Source: Escherichia coli
GTDB taxonomy: Bacteria > Pseudomonadota > Gammaproteobacteria > Enterobacterales > Enterobacteriaceae
NCBI RefSeq assembly: GCF_024700885.2
Contig: NZ_CP117016.1
DNA: 64,000 nucleotides
Direction: 5' to 3' (one strand)
Within the stretch, counting starts at the first letter, position 1. Each line of letters opens with the position of its first letter. Position numbers and translations under genes: made by a program. The notes under the pieces were generated by a model. It ran no database searches. It worked only from the letters and a program-made list of their open reading frames with translations, and was not told where the DNA came from. This document shows, piece after piece, positions 48,217-62,079 of this stretch.

Positions 48217-48902
48217 GTGATTTCCTTTAACCTTCGTGTCGAGCTGGCGATCATGGTAAGCGCCGCCTGCTCTGCCGCATCGCCGTCCTGATGCCGTATT
48301 GCATCGAACAGCGTCTTATGTTCCTGGAGCGTTTGCGGCATGTTGGCCTCATCGCCCATCCAGGTTCGTTCAAAAACCGCCCGCTGCAACGAACTGATCG
48401 CAATGCTAAGTTGCTGTAACACCGGGTTATGCACCGACTGCAGCACCGCCTCGTGGTAGCGAATATCCGCTTCGTTAAACGCTTCGCGGTCCTGATTGTT
48501 GGCAATCATCTCGTTCAGCGCCGATTCAATCTGCGCCAGATCGCTGGAAGTCGCGCGTTCTGCCGCCCAACGGGCAATCGCCGGTTCCACCAGGTTTCGC
48601 ACTTCGCTCATGGCACTGATAAGCCGTGGGTCGTAGTCGTTTTCCAGCACCCATTGCAGTACGTCAGTGTCGAGGTAATTCCACTGGTTACGCGGTGCCA
48701 CAAACGCGCCGCGATAACGTTTCATTTCAATCAGCCGCTTCGCCATCAGCGAACGGAACACCTCACGGATGATGTTGCGCGAGGTTGCAAACTCTTCACA
48801 GAGCTCCGCCTCAGCCGGAAGTGGAGAGCCTGGTACGTATTTGCCGTGAACGATCTGTTTACCCAGCGTAATGACAATGCGATCGGTTTTATTGAGAGTC
48901 AT
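48213..48902 (-). CDS. dgoR: GntR/FadR-family repressor of the dgo operon
   Basis: 229 aa; MTLNKTDRIVITLGKQIVHGKYVPGSPLPAEAELCEEFATSRNIIREVFRSL... Confidence 0.9.
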   Translation of the reverse strand: MTLNKTDRIVITLGKQIVHGKYVPGSPLPAEAELCEEFATSRNIIREVFRSLMAKRLIEMKRYRGAFVAPRNQWNYLDTDVLQWVLENDYDPRLISAMSEVRNLVEPAIARWAAERATSSDLAQIESALNEMIANNQDREAFNEADIRYHEAVLQSVHNPVLQQLSIAISSLQRAVFERTWMGDEANMPQTLQEHKTLFDAIRHQDGDAAEQAALTMIASSTRRLKEIT

Positions 48903-48965
48903 GGAGAGTCCTTGTGCTCTGTATGTTCTTCTCTACTTTACCCCGATCGATGCATAACGCGGCAA

Positions 48966-49046
48966 CTTTGTAGTACCAGCGTGATGACGTTCGCGTTTGC
49001 TGTGCGTGTAATGTAGTACAAATTTATATTGTTGTACTACAATTTA
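48966..49046. promoter_or_regulatory. dgoR promoter with DgoR operator inverted repeats
   Basis: Three TGTAGTACA / TGTACTACA-type palindromes (tttgtagtacca, atgtagtacaaa, ttgtactacaat) lie immediately upstream of dgoR. Confidence 0.55.
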
Positions 49047-49179
49047 GATCACAAAAAGAACAATGCATAAAAAAATGACATGCGTCGGGCAGAAATCTGA
49101 AAAGGGATGTCAGACGCTAAACAGGAGGGAAAGAAGAGTATGCTTTCAACGGCTTAGCTACTCGTTTAAAGGATTAATC

Positions 49180-49836
49180 ATGAAGTTGAATTTTAAGGGA
49201 TTTTTTAAGGCTGCCAGTTTGTGTTCTTTGGCATTTGCGTTGACCGGATGTATCACCTGGGGATTGGTTTCCAATACTGCAAGCCGTCCACATGCCGAGC
49301 AATGGCGGTCAGATACGATTAAGGGTTTATCGCTGGCAGAGGATAGTAACGGTACGAAAGGCTATGTTTTTGTTGGTGAATCGTTGGACTATCTGTTGAC
49401 CACCGGCGGCGGTGAGGTGGTTAAAATGCTGAACGATCCGGCAATTCATGGTGAAAGAATCACCGTTTCTGATAACGCGAAATTTATTTTAAGCAGCAGT
49501 AATAAGAATTTCTCTGGTGCTATTACGCTCTATTACGACTGGAACAACGAAGAAGATAAGGCACTGGCAACACAATATGGTTTTATTTGTGATACCAGCC
49601 GTTGTACATGGATGCTGGACGGCCTGAAAGGCTCTATCCACCAGAAAAATAAAAAAGCGGATTACTCAAACGTGATGGTTTTCCATCAACCCTTTACGGT
49701 GGGATTTTATGAGTACAAAGCATCAGATGGCGTTCCGCGCGGCCTCGTTAATGCGCTGCTACCAGTCACTCTTACGCTGGATATAGTAACGTCACCACTG
49801 CAGTTCGTGATTTTATGCACTACCAGAAATTGTTAA
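49180..49836 (+). CDS. yidX: Lipoprotein YidX
   Basis: 218 aa from [24 protein letters not shown]... (lipobox LTGC); the 39-codon upstream extension was rejected. Confidence 0.8.
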   Translation: MKLNFKGFFKAASLCSLAFALTGCITWGLVSNTASRPHAEQWRSDTIKGLSLAEDSNGTKGYVFVGESLDYLLTTGGGEVVKMLNDPAIHGERITVSDNAKFILSSSNKNFSGAITLYYDWNNEEDKALATQYGFICDTSRCTWMLDGLKGSIHQKNKKADYSNVMVFHQPFTVGFYEYKASDGVPRGLVNALLPVTLTLDIVTSPLQFVILCTTRNC

Positions 49837-49879
49837 TCGCTGCGGGCAAACGCGTTTATACTGTTTGCCCGCCCACAGA

Positions 49880-50692
49880 TTAATTCAACACAAACTTCTC
49901 AATAGCAAACGCGACGCCATCTTCAAGGTTGGATTTGGTGACAAAGTTCGCCACTTCTTTCACCGAAGGAATAGCGTTATCCATCGCCACACCGACGCCT
50001 GCATATTCAATCATTGCGATGTCGTTTTCCTGATCGCCAATCGCCATGATTTCTTCCGGTTTAATACCTAACACGTCGGCCAGTGATTTCACACCCGTAC
50101 CTTTGTTAACGCGTTTATCGAGGATTTCGAGGAAGTACGGCGCACTTTTCAGCACGGTATATTTCTCTTTCACTTCCTGCGGAATACGCGCGATAGCCTG
50201 GTCGAGGATGGCGGGTTCATCAATCATCATCACTTTCAGGAACTGGGTATTGGGGTCCATTTTCTCCGCTTCGCAGAACACCAGCGGAATAGTGGCAACG
50301 AAGGATTCATGCACCGTGTAGTAGCTGATATCACGGTTGGCGGTGTACAGCGTGGTGCGGTCCAGCGCGTGGAAATGAGAACCGACTTCGCGGGAGAGTT
50401 TTTCCAGGAAACGGTAGTCGTCATAGCTGAGAGCGGTTTGCGCCACGGTGCTACCATCGGCGGCCTTCTGTACCAGCGCGCCGTTATAAGTAATGCAGTA
50501 GTCGCCCGGCTGTTCCATGTGCAGCTCTTTCAGGTAATTATGAACACCTGCATAAGGGCGGCCCGTCGTCAGCACGACATTTACGCCACGGGCGCGAGCT
50601 GCGGCAATCGCATTTTTAACGGCGGGTGAAATGGTGTGATCGGGCAGCAGAAGGGTGCCATCCATATCGATAGCAATGAGTTTGATAGCCAT
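49880..50692 (-). CDS. yidA: HAD-superfamily (Cof-type) sugar phosphatase YidA
   Basis: 270 aa; MAIKLIAIDMDGTLLLPDHTISPAVKNAIAAARARGVNVVLTTGRPYAGV... Confidence 0.9.
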   Translation of the reverse strand: MAIKLIAIDMDGTLLLPDHTISPAVKNAIAAARARGVNVVLTTGRPYAGVHNYLKELHMEQPGDYCITYNGALVQKAADGSTVAQTALSYDDYRFLEKLSREVGSHFHALDRTTLYTANRDISYYTVHESFVATIPLVFCEAEKMDPNTQFLKVMMIDEPAILDQAIARIPQEVKEKYTVLKSAPYFLEILDKRVNKGTGVKSLADVLGIKPEEIMAIGDQENDIAMIEYAGVGVAMDNAIPSVKEVANFVTKSNLEDGVAFAIEKFVLN

Positions 50693-50806
50693 GAGTTCCC
50701 CAGGTAGATTGGTTCCTGACCCATGCTAACGCGATTCCGCTCAAAAATCAGTACAACACCCTGGGGAAAAGGGGGATGCAACGCGCGTTGCGTGCTCCCC
50801 ATTTGC

Positions 50807-51205
50807 TTAGCGGAAGAGTTTCCCTTTCAGCAGTTCCATGCCTGCGGAAAGCAGATCGTTATTGGCTTGTGGTGACACTTCACCTTGCGGTGAGAGTGCA
50901 TCAATAATCTTCGGCAATTGTTCTGCCAGTAAACTGGAAGCCGTACTGGTATCCACGCCCAGTTTTTGCCCGAGATCGGACACCGCATTTGTGCCGAGCG
51001 CCGATTCCAGTTGCTCGCCGCTAACCGATTGATTGCCCTGTTGATTACTCAGCCAGGTTGAGAGAATGGCCCCTAAGCCGCCACTTTGCAGTTTTTCCAG
51101 CAGCACCTGAATGCCGCCCTGCTCCTCAACCCAGCTCAAAATGGCCTGATATTTCCCCGCATCGCCTTTCAGAAAGGCACCGACAACTTCATCAAAAAGC
51201 CCCAT
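50807..51205 (-). CDS. yidB: DUF937 protein YidB
   Basis: 132 aa from MGLFDEVVGAFLKGDAGKYQAILSWVEEQGGIQVLLEKLQSGGLG... Confidence 0.8.
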   Translation of the reverse strand: MGLFDEVVGAFLKGDAGKYQAILSWVEEQGGIQVLLEKLQSGGLGAILSTWLSNQQGNQSVSGEQLESALGTNAVSDLGQKLGVDTSTASSLLAEQLPKIIDALSPQGEVSPQANNDLLSAGMELLKGKLFR

Positions 51206-51319
51206 GATAATCACCTGTAAAGCGTTACGTGTTGACTCAAAAAGTATAGATCTGCGGGATGATAATTGCGGATTGCAGAAATAAAAAGGGCGAAGATGAT
51301 CTCCGCCCTTTTCTTATAG

Positions 51320-51430
51320 CTTCTTGCCGGATGCGGCGTTAACGTCTGATCCGGCCTACAAAATCATGCAAATTCAATATATTGCACGAGTCTCGTAGGC
51401 CTGATAAGCGTAGCGCATCAGGCACGCTCG
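51320..51430. repeat. REP element cluster between yidB and gyrB
   Basis: gccggatgcggcgttaacgtctgatccggcctaca and gtaggcctgataagcgtagcgcatcaggca. Confidence 0.7.
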
Positions 51431-51444
51431 CATTGTTAACGTCA

Positions 51445-54960
<3,516 letters not shown>

Positions 54961-54961
<1 letters not shown>

Positions 54962-56061
54962 TACAGTCTCATTGGCATGACAACATAGGCAGCCGACTGT
55001 GATGCGGCATCTTCAATCTGCACGCTGGAAACCGAATCGGTCAGCATCATGCGGACGTTTTCGCATTTCAGCGCGTTCAGAACATCCAGCACATAGCTGA
55101 CGTTGAAGCCGATTTCCATCTCCGCACCGCTATAGGTAACGTCGAGGATCTCTTCCGCTTCTTCCTGTTCCGGGTTGTTGGCGGTGATTTTCAGCTGGTT
55201 TTCGCTGACATACAGACGTACGCCGCGGAATTTCTCGTTAGAGAGAATTGCCGCGCGAGCAAACGCCTGCTTGAGGAGATCGCAACCTGCTTCCAGATGT
55301 TTGTCCGGGTTCTTCGGCAGAACGCGTCGGTAATCCGGGAAGCGACCATCCACCAGTTTCGAGGTGAAGATAAAGTCGCCAACGTGGGCGCGAATGTTGT
55401 TGCTGCCAATCTGCACGCGCAGCGGATTGTCGCCGCCGTCGAGCATACGCATCAGTTCAATCACGCCTTTACGCGGCACGATCACCGAATGGCTTGGCAA
55501 AGATTGACCAATTGGCATTGAACAGACTGCCAGACGGTGGCCGTCGGTCGCCACGGTGCGCAGTTCTTCACCTTCGGTTTCAAACAGCATACCGTTTAAG
55601 TAATAGCGAACGTCCTGATGCGCCATAGAAAACTGGGTCGCTTCAATCAGACGCTTCATCGTCGCCTGTGGCAGGGTAAATTCGACTTCGCTCTGCCAGT
55701 CATCGAGGTTCGGGAAATCTGCCGCTGGCAGGGTAGACAGCGAAAAACGGCTACGCCCGGAGCGCACCAGCATCCGCTCACCTTCCAGCTGCACGGCAAT
55801 TTCCGCGCCTTCAGGCAGACCACGGCAGATATCAAAGAATTTGCGCGCCGGAACGGTCGTCGCTCCTGGCTCGTGTGGCTGAACCAGCGCAACGCGTGCC
55901 ACCATTTCCATCTCGAGATCAGTACCGGTCAGCGACAACGTACCGTCAGCAACCTGTAACAGCAGATTACCGAGAATCGGTAGCGTAGGACGACCACCTA
56001 ACGGACCGCTCACCTGTTGTAGCGGTTTTAATAAATGCTCACGTTCTACGGTAAATTTCAT
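54961..56061 (-). CDS. dnaN: DNA polymerase III beta sliding clamp
   Basis: 366 aa; [54 protein letters not shown]... Confidence 0.97.
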
Positions 56062-56065
56062 AGGT

Positions 56066-57469
56066 TTACGATGACAATGTTCTGATTAAATTTGAAAAAT
56101 CTTCTTTGATATCGTGGCTCTCTTCACGCAGCTGCTCGATCTTCCGGCAGGCATGAAGCACCGTCGTGTGGTCACGACCACCAAACGCATCGCCAATCTC
56201 CGGCAGACTGTGGTTAGTCAGCTCTTTCGCCAGCGCCATCGCCATCTGGCGCGGACGCGCCACCGAGCGGGATCGACGCTTAGAAAGGAGATCCGCGACT
56301 TTGATCTTGTAGTACTCCGCCACCGTCTTCTGAATATTGTCGATAGTGACCAGTTTTTCCTGCAATGCCAGCAAGTCGCGCAGCGCCTCACGCACGAAGT
56401 CGATGGTGATCGCCCGTCCGGTAAAGTTAGCGTTAGCAATAACGCGGTTCAGCGCGCCTTCCAGCTCACGTACGTTAGATCGTAGACGCTTGGCGATAAA
56501 GAACGCCACTTCGCCCGGCAAACGAATGTCGTTTTCGTCGGCCTTTTTCATCAGGATCGCCACGCGGGTTTCCAGCTCTGGCGGTTCGATCGCCACAGTC
56601 AGCCCCCAGCCGAAGCGGGATTTCAAACGATCCTCAACGCCGTTGATCTCTTTCGGATAGCGATCCGAGGTGAGAATGATCTGTTGATTACCTTCCAGCA
56701 GGGCGTTGAAGGTGTGGAAAAACTCTTCCTGAGATCGTTCTTTATTAGCAAAAAACTGAATATCGTCGATCAGCAGTGCATCTACGGAACGGTAGTAGCG
56801 TTTAAACTCTTCGATCGCGTTGTTTTGCAGGGCTTTTACCATGTCCTGAACAAAGCGCTCGGAGTGCATATAAACCACTTTGGCATTCGGCTTGCGCGCC
56901 ATAATGCCGTTACCCACCGCATGCAGCAGGTGAGTTTTACCCAGACCCGTGCCGCCATAAAGGAACAACGGGTTATAGGCACCGCCAGGGTTATCTGCCA
57001 CCTGGCGAGCCGCCGCGCGCGCCAGTTGGTTAGATTTACCTTCAACGAAGTTATCAAACGTGTGTTTGACGTTTACGTTAGAACGATAGGTCGGTTCTGC
57101 CGGGGCCGGGACGTTATCCCAACCTGAGCGCGTAGAAGGCGCAGCACGTTGCGGCTGCGTTTGCGCCACCTGTGCAGGGGCCGCGACGTTGCTCGTCACT
57201 GCCGCTTGTGGCGTTTGCGTCACCGGTTTGGTACCGACTTCAAAACGCAGCTGTGGGGCATCCGCTCCGCAGAAACTGGTTAGCAGTCCATTGATATTAT
57301 TAAGGTACTTGTCCCGTACCCAATCGAGGACAAAACGGTTTGGCGCGTACAGGGCCAGCGTGTTATCGCTCAGTTCCGCCTGCAATGGGCGTATCCACAT
57401 ACTGAATTCTGTGGCTGGTAACTCATCCTGCAATCGGGCAAGACACTGCTGCCAAAGCGAAAGTGACAC
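56066..57469 (-). CDS. dnaA: Chromosomal replication initiator DnaA (GTG start)
   Basis: 467 aa; [58 protein letters not shown]...; AAA+ motif [10 protein letters not shown]. Confidence 0.95.
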
Positions 57470-57479
57470 GGCGGACTCC

Positions 57480-57760
57480 ACTCGAACAAAAGTCGATAAT
57501 GACTAAGGCTGAAACATTCATGATTGTTGACGTACGTCGAAAAGACCCTGCATGAGGGTGACGCACGAACCGCTGTCTGCGGTTATATGCCCGATCAAGA
57601 TCCTGCAAAACGATCGGGACCGCGGATCATAGCCTAAACTGCGCAAGAGATCTTCTGTTTCTCACAGATTTTCCCGATTTATCCACAGGACTTTCCAGAA
57701 CTCGCTAAGTGTAAACGATCCTGCCGCGAGGCGGGCACGATTTACGCCGCATATTGGAAA
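57480..57760 (-). promoter_or_regulatory. dnaA promoter region (dnaAp1/p2) with a consensus DnaA box and a GATC cluster
   Basis: The DnaA box TTATCCACA lies at 57680-57688. Six GATC sites fall in 57594-57650 (gatcaagatcctgcaaaacgatcgggaccgcggatcat), typical of SeqA/Dam control of dnaA. Confidence 0.65.
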
Positions 57761-58063
57761 ATTTAATGACCATAGACAAAAATTGGCTTAATCGATCTAA
57801 TAAAGATCCAGGACGATCCTTGCGCTTTACCCGTCAGCCCGTATAATCCTCCACCCGGCGCGCCATGCTGGTTTTCACTGGTGTGAGGCCGTACGTTTTC
57901 CACGCGAAAAGGTGCGGAAAAGCGCGGTAAATAAGGAAAGAGAATTGACTCCGGAGTGTACAATTATTACAATCCGGCCTCTTTAATCACCCATGGCTTC
58001 GGTGTCCATCGTTTCATTTTTCGGCGGATATCCAATAAAGCCATTGAATTTATTCAAGTTTAG

Positions 58064-58216
<153 letters not shown>

Positions 58217-58232
58217 TAAAGCTAACCCCTGA

Positions 58233-58592
58233 GTGGTTAAGCTCGCATTTCCCAGGGAGTTACGCTTGTTAACTCCCAGTCAATTCACATTCGTCTTCCA
58301 GCAGCCACAACGGGCTGGCACGCCGCAAATTACCATTCTCGGCCGCCTGAATTCGCTGGGGCATCCCCGTATCGGTCTTACAGTCGCCAAGAAAAACGTT
58401 CGACGCGCCCATGAACGCAATCGGATTAAACGTCTGACGCGTGAAAGCTTCCGTCTGCGCCAACATGAACTCCCGGCTATGGATTTCGTGGTGGTGGCGA
58501 AAAAAGGGGTTGCCGACCTCGATAACCGTGCTCTCTCGGAAGCGTTGGAAAAATTATGGCGCCGCCACTGTCGCCTGGCTCGCGGGTCCTGA
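58233..58592 (+). CDS. rnpA: RNase P protein component
   Basis: 119 aa; [67 protein letters not shown]... Confidence 0.95.
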
Positions 58593-58813
58593 TAGCCCTC
58601 ATTCGGGTCTATCAACGCCTGATTAGTCCGCTACTCGGGCCGCATTGTCGTTTCACTCCAACCTGTTCAAGCTACGGAATTGAGGCATTGCGCAGGTTTG
58701 GAGTGATAAAAGGCAGTTGGTTGACGGTGAAACGCGTATTAAAATGCCACCCTTTACACCCTGGTGGTGACGATCCCGTCCCGCCCGGACCATTTGATAC
58801 CAGAGAACACTAA
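58556..58813 (+). CDS. yidD: Membrane protein insertion efficiency factor YidD
   Basis: 85 aa; overlaps the rnpA 3' end; ...[31 protein letters not shown]... Confidence 0.9.
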
Positions 58814-58815
58814 CG

Positions 58816-60462
58816 ATGGATTCGCAACGCAATCTTTTAGTCATCGCTTTGCTGTTCGTGTCTTTCATGATCTGGCAAGCCTGGGAGCAGGATAAAAACC
58901 CGCAACCTCAGGCCCAACAGACCACGCAGACAACGACCACCGCAGCGGGTAGCGCCGCCGACCAGGGCGTACCGGCCAGTGGCCAGGGGAAACTGATCTC
59001 GGTTAAGACCGACGTGCTTGATCTGACCATCAACACCCGTGGTGGTGATGTTGAGCAAGCTCTGCTGCCTGCTTACCCGAAAGAGCTGAACTCTACCCAG
59101 CCGTTCCAGCTGCTGGAAACTTCACCGCAGTTTATTTATCAGGCACAGAGCGGTCTGACCGGTCGTGATGGCCCGGATAATCCGGCTAACGGCCCGCGTC
59201 CGCTGTATAACGTTGAAAAAGACGCTTATGTGCTGGCTGAAGGTCAAAACGAACTGCAGGTGCCGATGACGTATACCGACGCGGCAGGCAACACGTTTAC
59301 CAAAACGTTTGTCCTGAAACGTGGTGATTACGCTGTCAACGTCAACTACAACGTGCAGAACGCTGGCGAGAAACCGCTGGAGATCTCCACCTTTGGTCAG
59401 TTGAAGCAATCCATCACTCTGCCACCGCATCTCGATACCGGAAGCAGCAACTTCGCACTGCACACCTTCCGCGGCGCGGCGTACTCCACGCCTGACGAGA
59501 AGTACGAGAAATACAAGTTCGATACCATTGCCGATAACGAAAACCTGAACATCTCTTCGAAAGGTGGTTGGGTGGCAATGCTGCAACAGTATTTCGCGAC
59601 GGCGTGGATCCCGCATAACGACGGAACCAATAACTTCTATACCGCTAATCTGGGTAATGGCATCGCCGCTATCGGCTACAAGTCTCAGCCGGTACTGGTT
59701 CAGCCTGGTCAGACTGGCGCGATGAACAGCACCCTGTGGGTTGGCCCGGAAATCCAGGACAAAATGGCAGCTGTTGCTCCGCACCTGGATCTGACCGTTG
59801 ATTACGGTTGGTTGTGGTTCATCTCTCAGCCGCTGTTCAAACTGCTGAAATGGATCCATAGCTTTGTGGGTAACTGGGGCTTCTCCATTATCATCATCAC
59901 CTTTATCGTTCGTGGCATCATGTACCCGCTGACCAAAGCGCAGTACACCTCCATGGCGAAGATGCGTATGCTGCAGCCGAAGATTCAGGCAATGCGTGAG
60001 CGTCTGGGCGATGACAAACAGCGTATCAGTCAGGAAATGATGGCGCTGTACAAAGCTGAGAAGGTTAACCCGCTGGGCGGCTGCTTCCCGCTGCTGATCC
60101 AGATGCCAATCTTCCTGGCGTTGTACTACATGCTGATGGGTTCCGTTGAACTGCGTCAGGCACCGTTTGCACTGTGGATCCACGACCTGTCTGCACAGGA
60201 CCCGTACTACATCCTGCCGATCCTGATGGGCGTAACGATGTTCTTCATTCAGAAGATGTCGCCGACCACCGTGACCGACCCGATGCAGCAGAAGATCATG
60301 ACCTTTATGCCGGTCATCTTCACCGTGTTCTTCCTGTGGTTCCCGTCAGGTCTGGTGCTGTACTATATCGTCAGCAACCTGGTAACCATTATTCAGCAGC
60401 AGCTGATTTACCGTGGTCTGGAAAAACGTGGCCTGCATAGCCGCGAGAAGAAAAAATCCTGA
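58816..60462 (+). CDS. yidC: Membrane protein insertase YidC
   Basis: 548 aa; [51 protein letters not shown]... Confidence 0.97.
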
Positions 60463-60486
60463 TTCGGTGAGTTTTCGCTAAAATAA

Positions 60487-60522
60487 GGGCGGTCAGTTGA
60501 CCGCCTTTTTTCTTTTCGTAGG
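60487..60522 (+). terminator. Rho-independent terminator after yidC
   Basis: ggcggtcagttgaccgcc followed by ttttttcttttc. Confidence 0.7.
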
Positions 60523-60567
60523 GCGGATAAGCACCGCGCATCCGCCACACAAAGCAACAGGAACATC

Positions 60568-61932
60568 ATGAGCGATAATGACACTATCGTAGCCCAGGCC
60601 ACGCCTCCGGGACGTGGCGGCGTTGGCATCCTGCGCATCTCCGGCCTCAAAGCCCGTGAAGTTGCCGAAACCGTGCTGGGTAAACTGCCTAAGCCGCGCT
60701 ACGCCGATTATCTTCCGTTTAAAGACGCCGACGGCAGCGTGCTCGATCAGGGGATTGCGCTATGGTTCCCTGGCCCGAACTCGTTCACCGGCGAAGATGT
60801 GCTTGAACTGCAGGGTCATGGCGGTCCGGTGATCCTCGACCTGCTGTTAAAACGCATTCTGACCATTCCCGGCCTGCGGATTGCCCGCCCTGGTGAGTTT
60901 TCCGAACGCGCGTTTCTTAACGATAAACTCGACTTAGCCCAGGCCGAGGCGATTGCGGATCTTATCGACGCCAGTTCGGAACAGGCGGCCCGTTCGGCAC
61001 TTAACTCGCTGCAAGGCGCATTCTCCGCACGGGTCAACCATCTGGTGGAAGCCCTCACCCACTTGCGCATTTACGTCGAAGCGGCAATTGATTTCCCTGA
61101 TGAAGAGATCGATTTCCTCTCCGACGGCAAAATTGAAGCCCAGCTCAATGACGTGATTGCCGATCTTGATGCAGTGCGTGCTGAAGCACGTCAGGGTAGT
61201 TTGTTGCGCGAAGGGATGAAGGTGGTGATTGCCGGACGTCCTAACGCCGGTAAATCGAGCCTGTTAAACGCGCTGGCGGGGCGTGAAGCAGCAATCGTAA
61301 CTGATATCGCCGGAACCACACGTGACGTGCTGCGTGAGCATATCCACATTGACGGAATGCCGCTGCATATCATCGATACCGCCGGGCTACGTGAAGCCAG
61401 TGACGAAGTGGAACGTATTGGTATCGAGCGTGCGTGGCAGGAAATTGAACAGGCCGACCGCGTACTGTTTATGGTCGATGGCACCACGACAGACGCCGTT
61501 GATCCGGCAGAGATCTGGCCGGAATTTATCGCCCGTCTGCCAGCGAAACTGCCGATCACCGTGGTGCGCAATAAAGCCGATATCACCGGCGAAACGCTGG
61601 GAATGAGTGAAGTGAACGGTCACGCGTTAATTCGTCTCTCGGCAAGGACTGGCGAAGGCGTGGACGTGCTGCGTAACCATCTCAAACAGAGCATGGGCTT
61701 TGACACCAACATGGAAGGCGGCTTCCTGGCGCGTCGTCGTCACCTACAGGCGCTGGAACAAGCGGCGGAACATCTACAACAGGGCAAAGCGCAACTGTTG
61801 GGAGCCTGGGCAGGTGAACTGCTGGCGGAAGAGTTGCGCCTGGCACAGCAGAACTTAAGCGAGATCACCGGGGAATTTACTTCTGATGACCTGCTGGGGC
61901 GGATTTTCTCCAGCTTCTGTATTGGTAAGTAA
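60568..61932 (+). CDS. mnmE: tRNA modification GTPase MnmE (TrmE)
   Basis: 454 aa; [51 protein letters not shown]...; G-domain [17 protein letters not shown]-terminal CIGK. Confidence 0.97.
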
Positions 61933-61954
61933 CTCGTCTAAATTGATATAAAGG

Positions 61955-62009
61955 GCACTGTTCCGTTCTGGGGAAACTAACTATCAGAACGGAACAGCGC
62001 TTGTTTTTT
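61955..62009. terminator. Bidirectional Rho-independent terminator between mnmE and the convergent downstream ORF
   Basis: gcactgttccgttctg-gggaaactaactat-cagaacggaacagcgc followed by ttgtttttt; an A/T-run on the opposite side serves the minus-strand gene. Confidence 0.7.
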
Positions 62010-62079
62010 ATGAGCATCCTGCACCAAAACTGCCTTTGCTACTGGCTGGAGCGACTTTAAACACCTTGCAGTCCTGTCT

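Noticed and set aside
61933-62079. tnaC leader and tna operon expected after mnmE
   Set aside because: No tnaC-like short ORF (MNILHICVTSKWFNIDNKIVDHRP) is present. The interval holds only a terminator and the 3' end of the convergent ShET2-like gene.
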